Source: Octopus sinensis
Lineage: Eukaryota
Reading direction: 5' to 3'
Assembly: GCF_006345805.1 (NCBI RefSeq)
Contig: NC_042999.1
Span: 31,992,001-32,056,000, forward strand
Length of the DNA: 64,000 bases
Part shown: piece after piece, positions 52,688 to 64,000 of the stretch
How positions within the stretch are numbered: position 1 is the stretch's first letter
How the letters are laid out: every line of letters starts with the position of its first letter
Position numbers and translations under genes: made by a program
The notes under the pieces: model-generated
The model's database searches: none
What the model was told of the DNA's origin: nothing
The model's input: only the letters and a program-made list of their open reading frames with translations

Positions 52688-55600
52688 ATATATATATATG
52701 TATATATATATATGTATGTATGTATGTATAAGCTCAAAGTGATTGTGTGCTGTGATTGCATGCTTTTTTCTACTTGACTGTACATACTTAAAGTGCTGGG
52801 CTGCTCTTTTAAAATTAAGTATGTATATTCTTTATTTTCTGTTACCTGAATATTTGCCTCCAGCTTGAATCTTTCAGCAGCAATGTATTCAATATTCACT
52901 GTCACCAAAAGACATGAGCTCCACTGGAACCACGGATAACATTTCCTCAGGTGTGTTTATGCATACGTCTATGTACAGAGTGATGCAAATGATATGTAGT
53001 GATAAGTGGATCCGTACGCGCAGGTTAGTGTGTGGGTGTGTGAAGGAGTGTGGCCTAGTGATGAGTATCTTGCATTTATGATCGCATGATTGTGGTTTCG
53101 ATTTCCAGACGGGAAACCAATTCATTTTACGTGGTCATATACCTGAGGCACACCGAGCACCTGTACAAACAATTTTGATTTGAGTAAGAGAGAGATTTAA
53201 TGAACAGCACGTATTATTCTCCCCAAAATCACCACACCAGGCTGTTCATCATAAATAGAGAAACAACCATCTGTCATTCCTCCATAAGTGCCACATGCTT
53301 TTCTCGGTATTTTCCCCATCCTCCGCAAAATTTTCTCTTTCTTCTTTCTAATGAACGAAGAGCCATTCTGGTAGTGTCACATTTTTCCTGTCTTATGTTT
53401 CCAATCCAATACATTCACTGTGTACGTTATTTTGACTTTTAGTGCAGTGGTAGAAAGAGCGTTGATAAAACAAACAGGAGAAATGGAAAGTGTACAAATA
53501 TATATTTTACCCGGTGAAAATTTAGAAATATCATTAGTAAATGGTGAAATTTATCATACGGATGAGGAAAAAGTAGCGCACGATGAAAGGTCGAGCTATC
53601 TGCATACGCATAGGCATTGGTCGATGTAACGGCAGGTATATCAGTGAGTTAGAAAAGGGAGAAAGCTGTGGAAGAAACAGGGTCTCACTAATGTGGATTT
53701 TTAGTTGAGAGAGCTTCGTAAGCATAATCGACGATGGTACACTCACAGACGCAAGTTGCAAAAGATTATTTTCATTACTGCTGAAAACTTCAACTGGCAG
53801 ATTGTTGGAGGACAAAGCCTGGTAGAATGTGTTACACCAGTGTATCCTTTGCAGGGTGGAGAGAGATATGAAATAAATTGCTAATTCCGAAAATGGGTGA
53901 CAATTTTTCAGGCATTTTAGATATTGTCTTTTTTTTACTCTTATATAGCGTCAGCTGATATACTGCATCCTCTGCACTTTCTATCACTCCCTATACAGTG
54001 GACAAGTCATTCGGTACCCAACTGATTGTTTTGATGAAGAGCATCACGACAAGATGGGTACTGACAGCCCGGTCTCTTGCCATTTCCGATTTTATATTAG
54101 TACCTGCAACATTGCCCTATCTTCGGCCTAGCTTTGCACAGAGATCACACTACCACTTCTGCCTTGAGTACTTTTATCATCCAAAATACAAAATGCACTC
54201 TCACACGTCCTGAATTTTCCACCCCTTTCCATGTAAATCTCAGTTCTACAAAACATTTACCCACACCATTCACCACTTACCATCCCATACACGCTCCACT
54301 TCTACCCCACACGCATATACCCTACACCGTTCAACTCATTACTCAACAATACACATACACACCATTTACGCTCAAACGGCATTAATCTGTATCTACACAC
54401 ACGCACAATCGCACCTTCTTCATACTCCCAACATATTAGCGTTCACCGCACCACATCCCTCTTCACACTGAAAATAGTTAAAATAAAAGCATACTCCTAC
54501 ACTTCCCAAACACTAGGACTGCTGTCACAATTCAACCGAACGTGCATATCCAGTGTAACCCATTTAACATTCTCATACATGCGTCAGATAAACTCACACG
54601 CAAATATACGGTTCCATGTATACATTTACACGCGCAAAGATACAAAGTGTATAGGAGCAAATACTAGCTTCACACATATTATCCAATGGGCGTATATACG
54701 CACAACACAAACTGAGAACAGCGGGACAAAAACTAACATACAATCATACATACACATAGAACGCGTGCAATATATACGCGGACAATATGTACATACACAC
54801 ATGTGCATATGCACAAAAGTATGTCGTATAAAAAAATAAGAACGCACACACGCATGCACAAATGCACACACGCGCAAGCTCTGAAGGCACAATATCTTCA
54901 TGCCTCAATCGCCCTCTACATCCTCCGGGCATTTCAGTAGGCGGTGACCGTCTACTTGAGAAACGTTTGTACTATTCTCTCTGCGTTATTTTCCTCTCCT
55001 CATCTATTCTCTTTGCAGATTTGCGTAACAAACAGACGTAATAAGATTTTTACTTGTAGTTTTCCTGAGGGTAAGCGTAATATATACAGTTTGTATCATT
55101 GCACATGCGTGTGGGAAATATCAATGTATGCAAGTGAGTCCATCTTTTTTATTTGATGGCAAAAGCTGGAATCCAGGAACTGAGAAGAAATATTTTTATA
55201 TTATTTTTACTGTCCTGTTATAGTATTCACTTGACATAATCGCTAACAGTGGTGTAGTTAAGAGTTAGGAATGTATTGCTATTTATAACGACATTATTAC
55301 ATCCTGATTAGTTCAAACATACACACAAATGCAAGTAAATTAATATGATATATTTCGACTTACATTAGCACATGAAATCTTAGATGATGACTATCATCAT
55401 TATTACAGATGCAAATACAAATAGTATTCATACATTTTGATAACATTATAGAAGGGATCAGGTTCTTCGCTTAATACTAAACATATTTACGTGTGAATCT
55501 GAAAGTCTCGAAGTCTAACAGAGCAAAAAAAAAAAAAATGGACCCTACAAAAACTTGCAAACTCAGTTTGGAATGTAAATTTCAAGCAATCTGTAATATA

Positions 55601-55926
55601 CCTAAGACTAAAAAACAAGTGATACATTTTCAGTCTTTAATATTGTTGTTCAATTTCTAGGAACATTCCAACCAGCATGCAGGAATATTTCTACTAATTT
55701 ACCCATGGAGTTAAACTGGAGTTTACTCGATCCATATTATATCTGCTATATATCCTAAATTCAGCAACGAAATTCAATCATGCCCGCATATGGCTTAGTT
55801 TCTATAATTCTTATAACGTGCCTGAAGGTATATGAGCACAACTCTCATTATACTTTTCAAAAAACGAGCCGAAAAAAAAATTGCTCTCGCTATCTCTCGT
55901 ATTTTTCTATCTGTATAATATGCATA

Positions 55927-56205
55927 GTGGAGGCGCAATGGCCCAGTTGTTAGGGACTCGCAGTCGGAGGATCGCGGTTTCGATTCCCAGACAGGACGTT
56001 ATGTGTGTTTATTGAGCGAAGAGACCTAGCGCTCCACGAGGCAGGGGATGGTGTTGACCCCTATTGTACACTTACGCCCCAAGTTTCTTTTATAACGCTG
56101 CGAAGGACTGGCGTCCCGTTCAACAGAGAGGAACACATACGCCACAGAAACCGGGAAACCAGCCCCATGAGTCTGGCTAGGCTTGAAAAGAGCGCATAAA
56201 AATAA
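55927..56205 (+). mobile_element. tRNA-derived SINE (third family)
   Basis: A-box-like TGGCCCAGTTGTTAG, B-box-like GGTTTCGATTCCC, A-rich tail. Confidence 0.65.
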
Positions 56206-56257
56206 TAAATAATATGCATATGTGTAAATACTTCCATTTACACACACACACGCATAT

Positions 56258-56334
<77 letters not shown>

Positions 56335-57547
56335 ATATAAATACATACACAAACCCAGACACACACACACATATGTATATCCGCACAACAGAAGCGAGAT
56401 TGAGAGAGATTTAGATGAAATAATTTTATTGTTAAATTGAGACCCATTGTAATTGAACAATTATATTAACAATTATAGACGTTGATGATGATACGTACTA
56501 CTGCTATCAGTACTACTGCCACTGACACCACAACAATAATAAAAGTGATGGAAGAACGGTAGTAGTGTTGACCGAATAATCATTGACTCCATTGAAATGT
56601 AAACATTTCTGGAGTAATATTAGAATTCAATGAAAACAGGGATGTTGTTTACGACATTCCAAAATATTGCCAAACAATTATTCTTTTAAGTGCAGCCAAT
56701 GTAAAGAATCCTTGACGTGCCCACCAAACCATGACGCCTTTAGCCACGGACTCATTAATTGAAAAACAATTCGAACTTAGCGCGTTCACCGATTCGTGAC
56801 ATCTGGGCCACACGCTGATTCGTCAAAATACAGTCTGAATCAAACGGAGGGTATTTAATAGATAAACCCAACCATTTCACAACAATTGTCAACTGCGAAA
56901 CACAACTGTCACTGTAGAAACCTGATGATTGTGTAACGTATTAAAGTACAACTTTATATCAATAAGGATATGGATGTAATATATACGTCCAGGTTAAGTC
57001 CCACTGCGGGGAATCTTGGCAAAGTGTCTTTTACTATAGACACTGGCCAACACCAATCTTGTGAGATTTTTGGTTGACTGAAAATGCATGAAAGTCTTAC
57101 GAGTGGATTTCTTAGACAGAATCTAAAAATGGCTGTTCTACATTACTAATAGTTTAAGCTCAGGTAGATATTCTGCTTACTGGTTATTATTGTGACGCTT
57201 CACCCTGTATATACAATATATATTGCTAGCTGGACACATACACACACATATATACACACACGCACACACTCACACACACACATATAAGTGTGTATACAAT
57301 AGCCTCTGTCTTTGAAAATCGTTTTGAGTGGATTTCTTAGACGGAAGTTTAACGCCAGGAAGATCTTCTGCCAGCAGGGGAAGCGAAACCCTACTATCCT
57401 CTAGCAAACAACAGGATCGCGTGATAACTCAGCTTTGAACTAGTTACGACATACTCAATCGTCAGCATCTGGTTACCAGATACTGGCGATAATTAGGGTC
57501 CGCTGCAGGCAGCAACATATTGCAAACAAAGTGACCATTTGTATATA

Positions 57548-59168
57548 CAGTATACCACAGCAGTATGTACTAACTTAAAAGTATCAGTAAAATTGACTTT
57601 ACTTTGATATTATCGACGGAAATCAAACGAAATGTATACTGAATAAAATATATTATACATGCAAACATTATACAAATTTGAAACAGAAAACAATAAACAT
57701 TTTCAAATATATGAACAGAATATTAATTTTAAAACGTTACAAAAGTATGCACAGCCTAAGTTTTATTTGATGTTTTCAATATTTGGTGTGATTCCTTTTG
57801 CTTTCAATGACTGCATTGAGTCTTCTGGACATAGAGTCGACTAAACTTCCGCATAGAACCGATGAAATCGAACGCCATTCAACCTGAATGATGTTTTTCA
57901 ACTGTGTTTCATTACGGTTTTTTTTCTCCGCGGACTTCCTTTACAAAGCACCTCGCAGTTCTGCCTGCTGGTTATCTATTGGTTTTACATCAGGTGAGAA
58001 ACTACGCGAAGGCAACACCTTTATCTCTTTATCTGGTAAAAAAAATTAGACGTCATCTTTGAAGTGTGTTGAAGGTCATTAACATGTTGGAACATGAAAT
58101 TTATTCCTAGTTCCTTGATGCTTTTCAAAGTTGTTTGCTGTAATATGTCACAATAAAGCATCGAATTCATTGTTCTCCCAATAAACGTGAGTCCTCCCAC
58201 AGCAGCCACACCCATGCATCCCCATATCATGACATTTCTGCCGCCGTGTTTTACAGGAGGCACGGTGGACTTTTGCTATTATCTTTACCTGGTCGTCGCC
58301 ATATACGTTTAATACCATCTGACCCAAACAAGATGATTTTTAGTCTTGTCAGAAAAAAAGAATTTTATTCCAAAACGCCTTTCCCTTGCTCACATCGACC
58401 AGATTAATGCCTGGAAGTGAAAAGAGGCTTCCTACGAGGAATGGATCCATTAACACCACACTGGTTCAAACTTCGATGAACTGTTTGTGCTGATACATAT
58501 TTTCCGCAAACAGGAGACCAAATATGATGTGGTACGATGACTGTCGTCCAGCAAATAATGATAGACATGGCAAATATAACACGCAGTTAAAACAGAAAGA
58601 CGAAATGAACGTATGGTTATTGCTCAGCCGTAGAGTAGCTTTGTACTTCTGAATTACTTTGGTAACTATGTTTACGCTAAATATTCGTTTGCTAATTAAC
58701 TTGTATTCTAAACCATTCTTGTGCAAATTAAAAATAATCTTCTTCAAATCTTTCGACAATTCTTTTCCTTTTCTTGCCATTTTAATCACAATGAAGAAGA
58801 TTTTCCCCACAAAACACAAATCAAAATTCCTGCAAATGCTATAACAATGACCGGTGCAAAATAATCAGGAGAAATTTATTAGAGTTGAAATTACCAGCTG
58901 TATCTGAATGTAGTAAAACAAGTGGATAAAATATTGAATATAGCAAATTTACTTCAGGTTGTACATATCTTTGTGAAGTTTGAAAATTAATATTTCGTTC
59001 ACATCTTTGAAACTGTTTGTTGTTGTGTGTTCCAAATTTGTATTATGTTAGGATATCTAATATATTTTATTCAGTATAAATTTTTTGTTTGATTTCCCCC
59101 CACATTATCAGAGTAATGGCAATTTTACTGAAATATTTTAGGGTTGCACATACTTCTTTGAGATACTT
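57548..59168 (-). mobile_element. Full-length decayed Tc1-like DNA transposon with ~210-bp diverged TIRs
   Basis: Ends are TA|CAGTAT and ATACTT|TA. 57548-57765 resembles the reverse complement of 58950-59168. Length is ~1.62 kb. Confidence 0.85.
57770..58783 (-). pseudogene. Tc1 transposase pseudogene
   Basis: MARKGKELSKDLKKII HTH start, VKHGGRNVMIWGCM, FQHVND..HTS, SPDVKPI-like motif; multiple stops and frameshifts. Confidence 0.85.
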
Positions 59169-59228
59169 TATATATATACATATGTCTGTGTATCTCCTTC
59201 TCTCTTTCTCTGTCTCTCTCTCTCTCTG

Positions 59229-59265
<37 letters not shown>

Positions 59266-59799
59266 TTATATATAAATACACATACATATATATAAATATA
59301 TAGTATACATACGTATATCTGTGTTTGTATATATATATATATATAGGGAGAGAGAGAGGGGGAGAAAGAGAAAGGAAGAGAAAGAAAGAGAGAGAAAGAG
59401 AGAGAGAGAGATAAAGACACACATACATATTTCTATATATGGCCTGAGAGTAAGAGAATTAAGGGAGAGCTTGTGCTTGTATAAAAAACAAATTGGGGAA
59501 AACTGGAAAAACCAGGGGATTCGAAAGAAACACTGCATGTAAGACACAAAGCTGTAATATATTGGTACTTCATATGGAGCCTCATAACTACGCATAGAAC
59601 TGTTATTTTGATGAGTATATACGTACAGATTCAGTATGTATTGGCATATAGCAGTTGGTGTTTATGTAAGGAAACGTAAAGGAAAATGGACGATAAATGG
59701 GCATTTATTTCTCGGTAATCTACTCCAATATGCTGAACTAATCACGAACAGGCTATGGCGCATTTACATACAAACATCTATATTTTTCCCCATATTTTC

Positions 59800-59836
<37 letters not shown>

Positions 59837-61044
59837 AACGATTATATATATATATATATGCAAACGATTACGTCTGTAAGTTTCTATCAATGTGCGTGTT
59901 GTGTACGTTTATTAGTACATACTTTAAATTGTATCTCCAAAATCAGGAGGTACTCTCTCCCCCACCGAGTCTTGCTTGCATATTATTGATAACCTATGTG
60001 AATTTCAAACTTTTCGATGTAATATTGCCTACGTTATTATTACACAGCGTAACGAATATTGCATTTCATGGTTACGTAATTTTGATAGATTTGGAGAAAA
60101 ACATACTTTCGACAGAACTTACTCTCATTGCTATGGCCTTATATTAGTCATTTTTGTTTCTGTCCGATTTTTATATGCACACTTTTTTATAAACAGAAAC
60201 TTATGTGAAAATGTATTAACCGTTCATTTATTTCGTATACCTATAGCTATCATTACTTATATATAAAGAATATTTTGAAATTGGTGAAACAATCCTCATA
60301 TGCTGCTTAACATGTGTAATGAATACACGATATTTTGGAAGAATGGTGATTTTGACGCCATGTCTATTTGCATGCGATGCACTTTCCGTATATTTTTTCT
60401 TCCATTCAAGATTAAGGATAAATTTGCTGTATTTTATTTTGAAGGAAAATGAAACTTATGTTTTCATGTAGGTTGTCTGAAGGGCTATACGTGTTTTATG
60501 AGGTACAGCAAACCAATAACTTGAAACAAAAAGTATATCTCGATCAACATGAAACTAAAGTAAAATATTCATAGGCAAAATATATTTTCTTGCAATATAT
60601 ATCTTTACTATTATAAAATGTTTCGTAAGCCCAAAATGTTGCTCTTTCAGTAAACGAGAAAATTGTTTCACCATTCCATAGTAAAATTGCTTTCCTACAC
60701 TTTGATATCTTGGCAAATTTCGATATCTTACGTTTCTGAAGAAGCTGGAGATACGATAGTTTGAACAAAAGAACCGGTTATTGCAAGCAAAAATAAATGA
60801 TATTGAAATAAACGCATTCGGCCTAGCTTGTCTTAGGTGGGTCGCTTCAGCCAGGGGCAGAAAAACAGAAGTAGTGGGATCGTGCCTGTGGATTTTCGTC
60901 GACTGACAGCCTCTTCGATACAGCTGAACTGCATTCTCTCTACTACCACGGTAGTGGACCACCATGTCTGCAGCTGCACGGTTGAATCGAATAAAAGAAT
61001 GAAATAATATATATATACAGGGAGAGAGAGAGGGAAAGAGATAG

Positions 61045-61420
61045 GAGTGCCTGTGTAGCAAGTAGCTTTTTTACGTATAACATAGTTCCGTGTTCAGTCC
61101 CACTGCGTAGCACCTTGAGCAAGTATCTTCTAGTAAAACCACGGGTCGATCAAAGCCTTATGAGAGGATTTGGTATACGGAAACTGAAATAACCCCGTCA
61201 TATATAAATGCGTGTGTGTGTATGTGTGTGCATGTGTGTGTGTCCATCATCGCTTGACAAGATGTACTGGTGTATTTACGTCCCTCTAATACAGCGGTTC
61301 GACAAAAAGACATCGATAGAATAAGTATTAGGCTGAGAAATTTCTAGGATCGATTTGCTTGACTAAAGGCGGTACTCTAGCATAGCTACATTCAAACGAT
61401 TGAGACAAGTAAAAGAATAA
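61045..61420 (+). mobile_element. tRNA-derived SINE (second family), interrupted by (GT)n
   Basis: GTTCAGTCCCACTGCG..CACCTTGAGCAAG..GGAAACTGAAA; related to 56985-57115. Confidence 0.6.
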
Positions 61421-61455
<35 letters not shown>

Positions 61456-62371
61456 CACACACGTTCACATATATAAATACACCGGACCACACACATACGC
61501 ATACGCAGACACACAGAGATTCACTCTTACACAATCACTCATACACACACATATATGTGTGTCTGTGTTTTATTTATTCCTTTTGTTCTTTTAAATTTGA
61601 TAATTTTGTATCTTTATATGTGTATATTCTTCTATATTACCTGGATATCTCCTGTGGGTATGAAGTAGTTGTAGGAGGCAGACAATGAGAAATAATTATA
61701 TTGACAGTAAGGGCATTATGGCTGTGCTGAAGATCATTTGCTTTGACAAAGCACACTTCCACGATTTAGCGGAGAATTAGTTTTACAAGATGAATTATCA
61801 AATGAAAACAATTTACGGCAAAACAAGCATGTAATTTAGAGATCTCTGTTGCTAGTCACGCAGGTCAACTAGGAACGCTAGGTGAGGGTCTAAAAATAGT
61901 TTACAGGGTTCTCACTGAAATGCAACAACTCAGTAAGCATGCTATCTTTCAAACCTAAGACACTAAAGAACACTAGGAGAATAAATATACGTACAGCACT
62001 CGGTGAACTTTACAAGCGTGAAATTACATGTATTTTAAAACACCGTTATTGATAGCTTGTTGATATAACCGAATGCTATGATTTAGGAAAAGGCTGGAGT
62101 CTTGTGTCTATTTCAGTTGAGAATGTTCAAAAGAATTCAACTATTAGGGAAATCGGCAACAATCCATGTCCAAAAGCACAATAAATAGTGGCTTCATATT
62201 GACTTTATAACACCAAGAATAATTATATGAGTTTTCAATGAAAGTCAAATGCTAGCCATATCTTTATTATTGCAGTGCTACAAATTGTGCAAGATATAGA
62301 GATTATTGAAAATTTACATTATTTTCATTATTTACAATTGACGGATATTTGCCCTCATCTTGTTTGTTCTT

Positions 62372-62417
62372 AACACAACATTTCAGCTGATATACCCTTC
62401 AGGCTCCATCAGGTGTT
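62372..62417 (-). ncRNA. Degenerate hammerhead, family B
   Basis: Minus strand reads AACAC-CTGATGGA-GCCTG..CAGCT-GAAATGTT-GTGTT. Confidence 0.4.
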
Positions 62418-62484
62418 ACAGGGAATTTTTGAACCTGGATTCTCATTCCTAAAGTATTTTCGATGTTGTTGCTATTATTATTAT

Positions 62485-63120
62485 TATTTTTTTTTTCTTC
62501 TTTCAAATTTGCTTCCATTTCTTGCCGAGTGTCTTCCCGACTCCTACGGCAAAGAAACTCATAGTATACAATGGTAGGCCATTAAACCAAACTCAGTAGT
62601 TCGTTCATTTTTTTTATTTTTTTTTTTTAAGTTAAATTAAAATACATGAGCAGCAACAGTTCTCACATCGACAATGGTCTTCTCAATACGTGTGATATAC
62701 CAGTTAAGACAATCTTTTGCACTTCTTGCAGGGATGGTAAGCCAGGGATCATTCTCATATAATTTTCGGTTCCCTTCTTGATCATTCCTAGTGCTCTTAC
62801 GATCACTGGTATTGTAACCGCCTTGAGATGCCACATTTTCTCAATTTCAATGAGTAGGTCTTTATATTTTCTGAGCTTGTCAAACTCTTTCGCTGAGATA
62901 TTATGATCACAGGGGATGCTCATGTCGATCAATAAGCAAACTTTATTGTTTTGGTCTTTCACAACAATATCTGGTTTATTGGCCTTGATGGTTCGGTCTG
63001 TATGTACTGGAAAGTCCCACAGAATGGTTACATTTTCTCCTTCAGTTACAGCCTCAGGGTGGTGATTATACCACTTGTCGGCAGTTTTGATATTGTAATG
63101 CCGACTTATTAGCCAGTGGA
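62485..63120 (-). mobile_element. 5'-truncated R4/Dong-like non-LTR retrotransposon inserted in (TAA)n
   Basis: Open frame 63118-62663: HWLISRHY..WYNHHPE..ILWDFPVHTDRTIKANKPDIVVKD..LIDMSIP..KLRKYKDL (RLE). TTA repeats lie at both ends. Confidence 0.85.
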
Positions 63121-63121
63121 C

Positions 63122-63177
<56 letters not shown>

Positions 63178-63231
63178 ATTATTATTATTATTATTATTAT
63201 TATAATTATTATTATTATTATTACTATTATT

Positions 63232-63305
63232 ACTCAGATGACTGCCAGGAATCGAAATCGGAATATTGGTGTTAGTAGCCCGCGCTCTTAACCACTACGT
63301 CATAT
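63232..63305 (-). mobile_element. tRNA-like SINE head
   Basis: Minus strand reads TAGTGGTTAAGAGCGCGGG..GATTTCGATTCCC. Confidence 0.5.
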
Positions 63306-63397
63306 GCGGGCTAACCCCAAGATTCCGAGTGACCTGAATAATAATGATAATGATGATGATGATGATGATATAGATGATGATGGTGATGATGATGATG

Positions 63398-63510
<113 letters not shown>

Positions 63511-64000
63511 CACCGGGGACGTTTAAGATGTAAGAAGGAAAATACAGAGCTCCGAAATCTATCCACAAACATCGAAAACAAAGACACCCTATGGGGCCAA
63601 AGATTTACTAACAAAGAATTGGACTATATCCGAGTAAGTAATACTAATTGAAATTTATTACTATTTTCGAAAAGAAATGATGTATTTTGACTCGATATTA
63701 TCTCCACCTCTAACACAACACATGTAAACATGCGTGGAACAACACGATCATCCCCGACCTCAAACACCATGTACAAAGGAACTACGAAGAAATTAAATGC
63801 CACCGATACTATTCAACCCAAGAATAACAATCGAGCGGTACGTACATTAAACTTACAACAAAAAATGTACGAAAAGCTACACGTGCGAAATAATGTGACA
63901 ACAGAAATAAACGGACCGGTACCCTACGAAAATGACGACCGTCAAAATCATGGGCCGGACGTTGTACCTCATGTCCCGCAAATAAAACCCAAAAGACGTA

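Noticed and set aside
53440-53870. Possible plus-strand exon after a TTTTAG acceptor
   Set aside because: All frames are interrupted and no recognisable motif is present.

Overview
AT-rich, microsatellite-dense animal DNA. The SINE types and the long, GC-shifted rRNA genes suggest a coleoid cephalopod, probably an octopus (inference). No host gene can be called with confidence. Main contents: (1) A young, nearly intact Neptune-like Penelope retroelement (11.6-16.6 kb). Its ORF1 and RT/GIY-YIG ORF overlap at an in-phase U-UUU-UUA slippery site, and it carries a hammerhead ribozyme with a U3-A8 covariant core. (2) A second Penelope-like family with three derivatives in (TA)n, plus further hammerhead-bearing repeats. 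(3) An ~18-kb GC-rich island (32.6-50.7 kb) made of a 5'-truncated R2 element followed by one circularly permuted rDNA unit (28S 3' part, IGS, 18S, ITS1, 5.8S, ITS2, 28S 5' part), with non-rDNA sequence on both sides. The IGS holds degenerate copies of the 28S R2 target region and a 141-bp tandem array that appears to descend from them. (4) A decayed Tc1, a Dong/R4-like LINE end in (TAA)n, an RTE fragment, a Helitron-like element, MITE/foldback elements and tRNA-derived SINEs. All calls are from manual reading; no searches were run.
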